Below are positions 48,563 through 60,480 of a stretch of DNA of 64,000 nt, one piece after another. Location: assembly GCF_009834535.1 (NCBI RefSeq), contig NC_045696.1, positions 50,904,001-50,968,000 on the forward strand. Reading direction: 5' to 3'. This stretch comes from Camelus ferus. Its lineage: Eukaryota. Within the stretch, counting starts at the first letter, position 1. Each line of letters opens with the position of its first letter. Position numbers and translations under genes: made by a program. Below the pieces are notes generated by a model. The model ran no database searches. It had not been told where the DNA came from and worked only from the letters and a program-made list of their open reading frames with translations.

Positions 48563-49761
48563 CATTTTACTTCTTTACAGACTTTATGTAAATGGGATCA
48601 TGCAGTGTATCCTTCAGCAACCTGGTCTTTCTTTTTTGGGGGGGGTAGATAATTAGTCTTTCTCTTAATTTATCTTCTTCAGGGTTATCCATGCTGATCC
48701 ATATTCTAGTTCATTCATTTCATTCTTGTTCATGACTCCTTGTGCGTATGTAAGAGTTTTTCTGGTGTGTAAACTTAGGAGTGGAGATGCTGGAATGTAT
48801 TGTGAACTCCTCTTCAGCTTTAATAGATATTGCCAACTTGCTCTCTGAAATGGTTGTACCAAGTAATGTTTTCGTAAGCAGTATGCTAGAGTCCCTAGTT
48901 CTCAGCATCCTTGCCAATGCGGTGTTGTCACACTTTGGAGGCTTTACCTTTCTGGTGAGTGTGAACTGTTAACATCTTTTCGCTTGTTCTTTGGTCATTC
49001 TTCTCTTCAGTTGCCGTTTATATCCTTTACTTGATTTTCTATTGTGGTGTTGTGTTTTTCTACGAGTTTTAAGGATTCTTTCTATATTAAAGATACTGAT
49101 ATTTTGTCTGTTAGATATGTACAAATAACATCTCCTGTTCTGTCGCTTGTCTCTCCCTTTGCTCATGTTGTTTACATAGCTTCTTGATTTCACAGTAGAA
49201 TAGCAGGAGAAGCCTATATCCCCAGTGGTGTTCAGTGGAGTCGGGAATTCAAATAGTGATAATAACATGATCTGACCAAGCACTGTGCGGAGACTGGGAT
49301 GTAAGAAGCTTGGGGTGTAGTCATGGTTCTTCAATAGCTGAGCATCCTTGAGGAAGTCACGTCACCTCTATGTCTCGGCTCCTCTTCTATAAATGGAACC
49401 TTTGGACTAGATGATCTCCGAGTCCCTTTCCAGATGTACGGTCCTCTAATACTGTGAGTCAGGGTCATGTGCACCAGGCAGGCAACAGCAGGACCTACAT
49501 GAACAAGCCCAGCTTCACTATAACTTGGGAAGTAACTGACCAGCCTATGTGGTTTTTCCCGTCCTCTGGGTGCCCACAGCACCTGCTCACATTGCTACTA
49601 TATCATCACATTATGCTTTTGGGGATAACATCATCTGTTATCCAGATCATGAGCTCCTGAAGGACAGGGTTGCCTTTAAGATACCCTTAGTGCCTCCCCA
49701 AACTCCTGACTCAGTGAATGTTTGATGAATGATGGAGGGAGAATGGGAGGGTAAGAAGAAA

Positions 49762-49912
49762 GAATGGAAAGAGGGAAGGAAGGGAAGAAGGAAAGAAGGA
49801 AGGAAGGAAGGAGGGAAGAAAGGAAGGAAGGAAGGAGGGAAGAAAGGAAGGAAGGAAGAGAGAGGGAGAGAGGAAGAAGGGAAGGAGGGAGGAAAAAGGG
49901 AAGGACAGAAGG
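49762..49912. repeat. Polypurine (GGAA/GAGG)-rich low-complexity tract
   Basis: Nearly pure A/G run adjoining an L2-type tail (TGAATGTTTGATGAATGA). Confidence 0.92.
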
Positions 49913-51090
49913 ACCAAAGAACCTAAACACCTCCAAGATGTACACCCAGTGAACATAACACAGTTACTGAAACAGTTACCAAGTTATATTTGTGTTTGTA
50001 ACAAATTTGTTTTACAATGTTTGTTGGATGAAGGAAGAGAACCATTAGCAAATACTATTGTAGCTATTTCACAAATGGAGTCAGTTTTTCAAGATCACAC
50101 TGGAAAACAATGGTATGGCTAATAATGGAAACCAATAATCTCTGATTCTTAATCTGATGTTCCAACTAACAAAGCCTACAGTCTCATTATTTTAGCAAAA
50201 CCAAACTCAATTTTGAAGCAAACTCATTTTCATCCTCTTTATGCAACAGAACTATATTACTTATAATTTTGAACTTTTCCCTACTGACATGTTCTAAAAG
50301 ATTAAAAAGGGACTGTCTAAGCTTTAAGACCTTTCATAATTCTGTTCTATATAATATTAGAGATGGGAGCACTTCAATAATTCTTCTGTCTTAGTTATAA
50401 TGCAATTCCCTGCTTGTAGTAAACATAGGGAAAAAACAACATATATATATAATAAAATTGCTCTTATTGTCATGACAACAGGAAAAAGCAACAGGAGGGG
50501 AAAAATCTTGGCTCTTAAGAATGGTCTGTTACAAGGTGTCAGAGTCCATTATGCATTGTCAATACCTTCATTTAGTTTTGCCTTCATATGGTTTACTTCA
50601 GGGCTGTAAATGTAATCCAACTTTCTCAGTGGCATTTAGCCTCTGGAAAAGCAAAGCAAAATTTGAACAGGACTTTTTATCCTTTCCTGGGGTGGTGCAT
50701 TATCTGCTCATTTTGAAAAACTGCCCAGTGTTTTCTATCTCCTACTCTAATGTATTTTTTTAAATTATTATGTGAGTATCTCTGAGTTTTAAAATTATAA
50801 TTAGTAAGATCATCATTAAATAATAAAAAAGTAAGTGGATTACAAGAGCCAGACCAGGAATAATAGGGTGTGGAGATAAAGAGCAGACTGCAGTAACCAT
50901 GACAGTGACACATCTGCTCTGCTCTTCTCCCAGAACACCTACCTCCTGCTGGCCCAGTTTCAGCCCCACCAGCCCCACCAGCCTCTAGACGTGCTAGTGA
51001 TGTTGGTGATCTCATGGTTGTGCATCTCGGAATAATGGGCCCTTGGTGAGTTGCTGACAAATGGGGCCATCCGCTCGATGGTTTCTTGGA

Positions 51091-51262
51091 ACAGTACTTC
51101 CAAGGTGTGGGCTGCAATCCATGTGCATCAGAATCCCCTAGCAAGCTTATGAGAAACACATTGTTTTTAAGTTTTATTCCTGATCTGCCAAATCAGAAAT
51201 GCTGGGGGTGGGCTTGAGGAATTTGAATGCTAAAAGGCACACTAAAATTTGAGAATCACTGC
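51091..51262. mobile_element. MER5A-like hAT MITE
   Basis: GCATCAGAATCCCC...AATCAGAAATGCTGGGGGTGGG...TTTGAGAATCACTG. Confidence 0.7.
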
Positions 51263-51627
51263 CTTAGGGTAAAGTGTGAAAAAGAAAAAATGGAGGGGAA
51301 TCCCTTCTGGCACTAAGTACCTACGAAGGGAGGAGGAGGCTGCAGCCTAGGTAACGAAAAGGGAAGCAGACAAGCTAAAGATGAAGCTGGCCTAGTTCAC
51401 AGCTTTCCTGATGTTTTTACCTCGGTTCTGACTGCCATAGATTTAAGCTGGAGAAAGTGTGCTCTAAACACATGTGATGTGTACAATGCTGGCGTGTGTT
51501 TGTGTTATGCACCTCAAAAGTGAGCCTGCTTCTAAGCTAATTAATTTTGCCAGCACCAAGGATGCCAAAGGTGATGTTTTTCAGCTTCCCAGAAGAGCCA
51601 GGCAGGTAAATAGTTAGAACATGGTAT

Positions 51628-52818
51628 GGTCCACAATGAGACAACACTTCACACCCACTAAGATGATTATAATCTAGAAGACAGACAGTACTAAGTGCTG
51701 ACAAGGATGTGGAGAAATTGGAACCTTTCACATTGCTGGTAATGCAAATTGCTAGAATATAAAATGATGCACCTTTTTGGAAGACATTTTGGCAGTCCCT
51801 CAGAAAGTTAAATGTAAGAGTTACAGCATCGTCCAGCAATTCTACTCCTAGGTAAACACTCAAAAGAATTTAAAACATATGTTCACACAAAAACTCGTTA
51901 ACAAATGTTCATAGCAGCATTGCTTGTAACAGTCGAAAGGAGACACAACCAAAATTTCCATCAACTGAAGAATAAACAAATGTGGTGTATTTATACAATT
52001 GGAATATTATTACTAATAATATTTCAAAACTTGACCTAGATGAAACCTGGGTGTGGCAGGTTGAGACCTTTCCAAGAAGGGTCTAGTGGTCTAACATCCA
52101 TTTTCTGAAACCCACTGTTCCAAACTGACCTTTGTATTCTCACTATTGTATCTTACACAAAGTCATTTGTGAAAGGAGTCTGTACCAGAGAAGAAGTCCC
52201 TTTCAGGAAAGTCAGGTGCTAGCAGACTTTCCTCTAAGGCTACTGGACTGAAGGTGGCGTTGGTGGTTTCCGATGCACGTGTGAGTGAATGGAAGAGTGT
52301 TTTAAAAAGGTTTATTTAATGTGGATTGATATTGTAATGGAAGGCTTAACTCGGGATCCTGGACTGTCACTTGCTCCTTTGTTCTCCACCCCCTGAAATG
52401 TACATGTGCTTCAATAAATTTTTCTCACTTGTCAAAAACAAACAAAAAAACCCCCATGAAAACCAGCAATAAACAGAAATGAAGCATTAGCACATGCTAC
52501 AACATGGAAGAACCTTGAAAACATTATGCTAAGTGAAATAAGCCAGATACAAGAGAGCATATATTATATTATTCCATGTATATGAAATAGGCAAATCCAT
52601 AGAGACAGAAATTAAATTAGTGCTTATTAGGCTTTGGGGAAGGAGGGAATGAGGTGTGAGTGCTAATGGGTACTGAGCTTCTTTTTGGGGTGATGAAAAT
52701 ATTCTGGAATTAGGTAGTGGTGATAATTGCACAGTTCTGTGAATATACTAAAAACTTCTGCATTCTACACTTTAAGAATGGGTTGTGTGGTGTGTTAACT
52801 ATGTCTCAGTTTTAAAAA
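51628..52818 (+). mobile_element. L1MB-like 3' end interrupted by a non-L1 polyadenylated insert (52012-52463)
   Basis: Colinear with the L1 at 8740-10100 on both sides of the insert: GGAATATTATT | CAGCAATAAACAGAAATGAAG. Confidence 0.8.
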
Positions 52819-52885
52819 GTCATGGAAGAAAAGTCTAAGAAAAAAGGAATAAATTTGACTACATTAAAAAAAAATGCTTTGTAGT

Positions 52886-53790
52886 TGTCTAGAGGAAAAG
52901 CTATCTTCTGTTCTCTTCTACTCACACTCACGATACTTCCAACACCAGATGTGTGGGTCTTCCACACATCAAGCAGTTTTGTGACACCGGCTGGATGTCC
53001 TACAATTGAATTCAGTTCTGACACTGTCTACCTGGTATTCACATAAGAGCTCATAGGTTAAGGGGTCAGTCCTACAAGACTGCCCACCTGCTACCTCAGA
53101 TGCCCATTACAAGTCCAGATTGTCACCTATGCTCTGACCAACCATCTATAAATTGGAGGTTCTTGTGACCCACCCCCCAGGTTTGTTTAATTTGCTAGAG
53201 CATCTCAGAGAATTCAGGAAAACATTCACTTATTAGATTACTGGTCTATTATTAAAGGATATAACTCAGGATGTGCAATGTGGAAGAGATGCACAGGGTA
53301 AGGTCCAGAGGTGTCCCGAGCACAGGAGCTTCTGTCCCCATGGACATGAGGTGCTCCATACTCCTGGCATGTGGATGCATTCACCAACCCAGACGTTCTG
53401 CAAACTTTGTATCTGGGGAATTTTTATGGAGGTTTCATCACATAGGCAAGACCAATCATTAACTCAATCTCCAGCCCTCTCTCCTTCCTGGAGGATGGGA
53501 GGTAGAGCTGAAAGCTCCATGCTTCTAATCATGGCTTGGTCTTTCTGGTGACCAGTTCTCATGGTGAAGTTCTCCAGGAGCCCACAAGTTTCTTCATTAG
53601 AATGAGAGAGACTCCTATCACCCAGGAAATTACAAGGGATTTAGGAGCTCTGTCAGGAGCCAGGGGAAAGACCAAGTATTAGAACCAAAGATGCTCCTAG
53701 TGTTCTTATCACTTAGGAAATTACAAGGATTTTAGGAGTTCTGTGCCAGGAATTGGGTGCAAAGACCCTATTTTTTTCTATTATTTCACA
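52886..53790 (-). mobile_element. MER21-like solo LTR
   Basis: TGT...ACA ends, near-TSD GTAGT / GTGGT, homologous in inverted orientation to 35435-36265. Confidence 0.8.
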
Positions 53791-55684
53791 GTGGTAGTAA
53801 CATAGAATATAGAGGTAATCAGAGGCCACATGGGGCTCCCCGCAAGGGAGGGACACCTACTTATTTGGTAGGATGGGGCAGTATTAGGGAAGACTTCCCC
53901 AAAAAGGAAGAAGGGATGAAGAGGAGAGTAGAAGGCCAGTTACTGGGGATGGTGCCCTTGTGAGAAATAGCAAGTAACTGGGCTTTGGGGGCTTGGCAGA
54001 CAAAGAAACTAGAGGAAGAGGCAGTGACGGAGAAGAGCCTGGAGGGATTCAGATCAGTGGAGAAAAGATTGACTTGTTAATAGGTGGTGTTGGGACAACT
54101 GGAGAGCCATGTGGAAAAAAAAAATCATTCCTCATAACCTATGTTAGTATTAACTACAAAGGAATAGAGATTTAAATATTAAAAATGTGATGCCATAAAT
54201 GACTAGAAGAAAAATAGGCCTCAGTAACCTGGAGTGGTGAAAACTTTGACTCTAATTCGAAATCTAAGCAGAAGTTTGAGAACTGTGGTTACTTGAATCT
54301 AGTCAAGCCTCTAGCTCTAACTGCCTGTCTACAGGAAATACAGGAGATAAAAGATCCTGTTCAATGACACCACAGAGTGCAATCAGCAAAATGTGGAGCC
54401 TGGGTACCTCAGGTTTGTACTGCTCCTTTGTGAACTGCTTTCTTTAACAAATAAATGCAAAAACAGAAAAAAAGGAAGGAGGGTTACTTTTAGATTAAAA
54501 GATGCTCAAAATACATATCAACCAAATGCAATCTGTGGATCTTGTTTGCTCCCCCCAATTAAAAAAAACTGAAAAAAAGCACAACTTTTGAAACAAATGA
54601 AGAAATTCAAACCCTATGTGGATATTGGATAATTTTAAAGAATTGTTATTAACTTTATTAAGTATGATCATGGTAATGTGCTATGTTAAAAAGAGGAGGC
54701 CTTATCTCTTAGAGATATAGACTGATTTACAGATGAAATGGTATGATCTTTGGTATTTACTTTAAAATAATCCAAAAAGGATATGTGTGGGAAATGGGAG
54801 GTAGAAATGAAGTAAAGTGGTATGTTTGTTAATAATCATTAAAGCTGGATGGTAAGTACATGTAGATTCATTATTCTATTTTATATTCTTATAAAAATCC
54901 TGTTCTCATTCTTTTGGGAATAAATCTGAAAATTCCCAGAGCCCCTGAAGGCCTTTTCAGCAGGAAAATGCCAAGATGAAACTGGCATCTGAGGGGTATA
55001 GCCCTGGGGCTAAGAAGACTAGATAAGGTGCTGTCAGGAGGTGATGGTGATAAGGGACTGGATGAGGAGAATGTCGAGGTCAGGGAGGGGAGAGTCAGGG
55101 TACGGACAGTATGAAGGAGGCAGAAGAGGCAGAACCTGATGACCATGGACTGAGAAAGCTAAAGAAGTAGGAAGCAAGGGTGACTCTCAGGTCTCAGGCT
55201 CAGATGAACGACTGTGTGCTGAGACCATTCAACAAGCAAGGAAATCCAGAAGAAATTAAAGTTGAGGGTGAAGGAAGTGATAGGTTCCATTTCAGACAGG
55301 CTGAGTTTGAGGTGCACATGGAACATCCAGAGCTTAGGAAAGAGATCTGCACCAGAGATGGGGTGTTGGCAATGATCAGCTGCCGCAAAATTTCCATGGT
55401 AGCATGTAGAGTGTAGGCACAAGTAAGCGCTCCTGTCAAGAGTGAGCACTTCTTATCAAATTAATAAATTACTCCTGGACCGTTGTTACATTAAAAAAGC
55501 AAAGTGGCTTAATCAAGAATGATAGCAGAGACCCACACAGTAATAATCTGTGACATCCATGCTGCTCTGTTGCCTCTCAGTTTTCACCTTGAACATGTCA
55601 TAGATCTCCAGGGTTTAACTGCAAGCTTTTCTTGTTTCATTTCTTTCCCCTGATAAAGGTGTTTTCAAGAGAACACTAAGGCTT

Positions 55685-55930
55685 GAGTGGGAAGGGATAA
55701 ATTGGGAGTTCACGATTTGCAAATACTAATTACTATATAGAAAATAGATAAACAAGTTTATACTATATAGCACAGGGAACTATAATTAATATCTTGTGGT
55801 AACCTATAATGAAAAAGAATGTGAAAACATTCTTGTATATGTATGACTGAAACATTATGCTGTATTCCAGAAATTGACACATTATAAACTGACTATATTT
55901 CAATTAAAAAGAATGCAAATTTTAAAAGAG
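55685..55930 (+). mobile_element. Relatively young 5'-truncated L1 3' end (artiodactyl-type)
   Basis: Perfect 17-bp TSD AGAGAACACTAAGGCTT at 55668-55684 / 55931-55947; body TATAGCACAGGGAACTATA...GTAACCTATAATGAAAAAGAA. Confidence 0.88.
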
Positions 55931-56853
55931 AGAGAACACTAAGGCTTTAGTATATTGGGGGAAAAGAAACATCATGAGAAAGATCAATTTTTTCTTTTAC
56001 ACTTCACCTTTTTCCTATTGTTCTTTCCGTGTTGCCCATGGTATTATAAAAACTGAAGGAAAACACCAAAACCATCTAGATCCAGGGGCACAGTTCAATG
56101 TCCTGTCTTTTAAACAGCCGTGGTAGCGTTCAGTCCTTGGGATGACATATGTATTCAGAAGGAGCCATGCGGCTGCTGGTGTAAAACAGCATTTTGTTTC
56201 AGGGACTGATTTATGCCTTGGAATAGGGCAAAGAGAAGACGACTCATCCCCTCTGGTATCTGTTGTTGGGGGAGCATCAGGCCATCTGCTGGGCTTTAAT
56301 AAAACGTGACACTAACATTTTGGTTTGAAGCACAGAATAATTTTCCAAACCAGAATTAAAGTTTGTCAGCAGTTGAGGCACTTGCAGGTCTTTTTTTGTT
56401 TTGGGGTTTGTTTTTTTTTAATAAAGATATTTGCATCTTTAGTATTTACATTCAAATAAGAAGAGAAGCACATTACTCTCCTTTTTCTGTCCTGGGCTTA
56501 TTCTTGTAATCTTGTGTTGACTGCCCAGTCCAAGCTTCTTGGCCCAGCATTTAAGGCCTCCATAATTTGGCTTCACCCAAGACCACTTAAATCAGAATTT
56601 TGGTGGGTTGGACCAACATCAGTTTTAAGTCTCCCCTGATGATTTCGTTGTGCGATCACTGTTGAAACCATCAGTGGTTACAACGTGAATGTGGAGAAGA
56701 CAGCGAGGGCATTTGGATTATTTATCTTATTGATCAGAAGCAAATGTGAGAAATTAAAGTTTTTCAGAGCTTCAGATGGCAGCCACGATGTTTGATGTAT
56801 ATGCATGTGCATGGGTGTGTGACTGGTGTTACCGCTCTCTGTCCCGGCTGCAG

Positions 56854-56975
56854 GTGAACGCTGTGCGGGTGTATGTGAACAGCTCCTCGGAGAACCTCGA
56901 CTACCCGGTCCTGGTCGTGGTTCGCCAGCAGAAAGGGGTGCTGTCCTGGCAGGTTCCTCTGCTTTTCCAAGGACT
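56854..56975 (+). CDS. SIDT1: SIDT1 coding exon 2 (122 bp): VNAVRVYVNSSSENLDYPVLVVVRQQKGVLSWQVPLLFQG(L)
   Basis: Acceptor ctgcag|GTG, donor CT|gtaagt, phase 0-2. Peptide matches remembered SIDT1. Confidence 0.96.
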
Positions 56976-57978
56976 GTAAGTGGATCTTTCCCCAACAACT
57001 TCATTACACTTGTTTTCTTTCAACATCCTAGACCTTAATTGGTTTTTTCCTTAATGAGGAGAAACCAGACATTCGGAATGCGGACATATTATGCATGCTA
57101 AGTGCAAACAGTGGTCATGGTGCATGCCCCCAACCTGCTCAGCTCTGTTTTGTTTCTGTCTTCTTTGAGGTGCCCATAAGCACTCTGCCTAGATTTGTAG
57201 CATCTGGAAGAACACTTAGCATTTTAATACTATCCAGAATGTTCTGTTGTTCTTGGTTGGTTAGTGGGTCATCCACTGAGTATTTAAGTCATACTCAACT
57301 TAAAGGAGTAACACCTCCCCCATTCTTTACAATGTTTACCACGTGTGCTTTCTTTATCTTGTAATATTTATTGAGCACTACCAAGTGCCAGATGCTGGGG
57401 ACACAGTAGTGGAAAACAACAACAAAGTCCCTGCCTACTGGAGTTTATATTTTTGCAGGGAAAACTCTCCAAGTCACTAGAGCACTAGTAAGAGCAAACC
57501 CAGAAGGCATGCAGACATGGGCACATAGTACAGTGTTTAATCATTTTTGGAGGTTGAGGAGTTTGAAGATTGAAATACTCTGATAGCCTTGACTTGGACT
57601 CTGGGGCTTACTTTACATTCATTTAGAAAAACCTTGAAGAGTGGGAAAAGGAAATCAACTGGTTGTTTTATCGGAAGAGTTTCCCCTTCAAAATCCGGTA
57701 TTTTTTCCTGATTTAATTAGAAGGATGGTTTGGCGTGTTCACAGCCTAAGTGAACTGGCCAGCACTCAACAGTCCTCTCATCCCTGTTACCACGCCACAC
57801 AACCCTGTGCCAAACACACTAGCTCTGCAATTACTATCAGTAAGTCCAGTATGAAATTTTAAATGTAAGGACTTGAAATGAAATTTAGGGAGAAGTGAAG
57901 TGAGGTGTTTCTTTCCCTGCTTGTTCATGGAGTCTCTTTCTACTTCTGGCTGGTTTTACCCTCGTTTGGCTGCTGCAG

Positions 57979-58149
57979 ATACCAGAGGAGCTACAGCTAC
58001 CAGGAAGTGAGCCGCACCTTGTGTCCCTCGGAAGCAACCAACGAGACAGGACCTCTGGAGCAACTGATCTTTGTGGATGTAGCATCCATGGCGCCCCTGG
58101 GTGCCCACTACAAACTGCTGGTTACCAGGATCAAGCACTTCCAGCTGCA
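57979..58149 (+). CDS. SIDT1: SIDT1 coding exon 3 (171 bp): YQRSYSYQEVSRTLCPSEATNETGPLEQLIFVDVASMAPLGAHYKLLVTRIKHFQL
   Basis: Acceptor ctgcag|A, donor CA|gtaagc, phase 2-2. Intact; matches remembered SIDT1. Confidence 0.96.
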
Positions 58150-59444
58150 GTAAGCGGGACTCCTTGCAGCTTTTCTCTGTTCGCTTGTCAGCACGTCCTG
58201 CGCTTGCGCATGCGCACTTCAGCTGCCTTGCTTCCTACCTTCTTTCCAGATCAACTCTCAAGAAGGAATTCATCCGCGTAGCATATTGTCTTAGCACGTT
58301 CTGAATGCTGCTGCTCCCAGCTGGGCGGCAGGGCCTTACTCCGTGCAGTGGGGAGGCAGCAGGGGGCTGGAGGAGAGGGGAAGGGTGTCTGACCTCAGAG
58401 GTGTATCTGTTTCCCAGGGTCTGTGAGGGCCCTGTCCTCTCTGTCAGGGCCCTGTCTTCTCCGTCGTCCAAGCAAGAGGCATTGGTGACGGGTGCTTTTG
58501 TGTTACTCACCAGTGCCACTCTTCTGAAGGAAGATCTTAAGCTATTTTTTATTTTTTATCATTAATACTAAGGAACTGGAAGTTTTCTCCTTCCGGTTAG
58601 GAATGTTCATAGGTTGAAAGTAATATCGTTATACGGCTTTGTCCTTTGTGCAAAAACTAATGACTATTCCCTCCTCCTTGCACTTCCATCCTTGAAATCA
58701 AATCAGTTGGGATACAGCATCTCAAATTGTTTATATTAGACATGGAGTATAATAAAGTTCAGTTGAGGGCATGGTCTCTAAAGAATCTACGTTATTCCTA
58801 TAAAATATTGCATAAATCTGTGTGAAAATGTGAACAGAGAGGCTAAGGTTATTCCTTCATAAGGGCCAGAAAATTCAGGGAGTTTCCAGTCCTGTCCTAC
58901 TCTAAGCCTTCTCAAGAGTTCAAACCATTTCCTCCCCTCTCTGTATTTTAAATAAATTTTTAAAAGATGTATTGTTAAATGGTTATATGAAAATTGGGAT
59001 TTTTACTCATCAAAAGGTATCATTAAGAGAACAAAAAGACAAGCCATGGACAAGAGAATATATTTCCAACACACATAACTGACAAAGGGCTCATATGCAG
59101 AATATATACAGAGCCCCTAGAAATCAATAAGAAAAAACAGGCAAGCTCTTGGCTCCTGTCCCCAGTATCACCTATTCTTCTGTAGCTCTGGCTTCTTATG
59201 GGCAAGAATTTTGGAGAATATGAGTCTGGACCCTGCTCAGAGTTGAGGCTGGCACCCAGTTGGGTGCAAGGCCAGACTCAGCTTCAGTGGAACAAATAGG
59301 TTTTCTGAGGCAAAATTGTGGCGATCTTAGGAGCAGAAAATATACTTGAGAAAACAATCTTGTGACCTGGACCTCTCACTAGAACTCTGGGACAGAGACA
59401 GAAGAATCTCAGATGGGGAATCAATGTTTATATTTACCCATTAA

Positions 59445-59508
59445 ATATATATATTTATATATATATTTATACACACACACACACACACACACATATGTGT
59501 GTGTGTGT
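59445..59508. repeat. Compound (TA)n(CA)n(TG)n microsatellite
   Basis: Read directly; the CA and TG runs are mutually complementary. Confidence 0.9.
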
Positions 59509-59938
59509 AATACAAATGGACTCAAATATGCCAAGTAAAAGACAAAGAATGTCAAATGAGATTCAGAAAAAAAATACTAAATATATGTTGCTTACAAGAG
59601 TACAATCTTTTAAAAAGAATGTATAAATGTAAATAAAAGGATAGTAAAAGAAATACCACACTCTAATACTAACCAAAAGAAAGTTGGTGCAGTATGTCAT
59701 ATTATACAAGATATTTCTTAATTCAAGGTGCATTACTGGATATAGAGAGGTATTTCATATCTTTAAAAGAATCATTTACCAAGAGGACAAATTTAAATTC
59801 CAAATTTGTATGTACCCCATAATGTCACTTAAAATATATAAAGCAAAATTGCAGAATAAAAAGAACTAGACAAATCCATCGTCTCTGTTAAAGACTTCGT
59901 AGCTAATAGAATAGTGGGCCAAATTTTAAAATATACAT

Positions 59939-60308
59939 ACAAGATTCCCCCACTATGTGAAAGTAGAGCATTTCTATCAAACCTTTTACAAGCTGACTGG
60001 CATAAAGCAAAGAAGCAATTCCCTTAGGATACATCTTTCTAATGGATGCATAAAATAAATTGAGAAAAAGCACAGATGCTCACAGACACAGTTCAAAGGT
60101 ATGGCAGCTTTGGTGCGTAGATGCTGAGTATAGTTCCACTATCACTGCTCAGAGTGCACACTGCAAAACAAACGCTGAGTACTGTTTTTACTTTTCACCT
60201 TTTTTCGTAAAAGCAAAACTCTCCAGATTTCTTTTGGTTAGTGAAAGCAGGTACTAACTAGAGAAGTGGCATAGAGCAAATTTTTGAAAAATGAGGAATA
60301 ACAGTATA
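59939..60308. mobile_element. TcMar-Tigger-type MITE, degenerate, nested in L1 remnants
   Basis: Decayed termini and internal TTTTTCGTAAAAGCAAAA...GGTTAGTGAAAGCAGGTACTAA resembling a Tigger consensus from memory. Confidence 0.55.
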
Positions 60309-60320
60309 CAGTAATTAGAA

Positions 60321-60480
60321 CAGACATTGGCAAACTATGGTCCACAGACTGGCCACTGGTTTTTATAAATAAAGTTTTATTGGAAAACAGCTCTACCCAT
60401 TCATTTACATATTGTCTCTGGCTGCTTTCACACTACAATGCCAAAACTGAGTAGTTGGGATGGAGACATTCTGGCCCTCT
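60321..60480. mobile_element. MER58A-like hAT MITE
   Basis: TTGGCAAACTATGGTCCAC...TTTTTATAAATAAAGTTTTATTGGAA...CATTCATTTACATATTGTCT. Confidence 0.75.

Noticed and set aside
49676..49956. Overlapping ORFs with repetitive peptides
   Set aside because: Translations of a GGAA-rich low-complexity tract.
35435..53790. Inverted MER21-like LTR pair forming long dsRNA in SIDT1 pre-mRNA
   Set aside because: The copies are about 17 kb apart and only patchily similar by eye, so stable pairing is unlikely.
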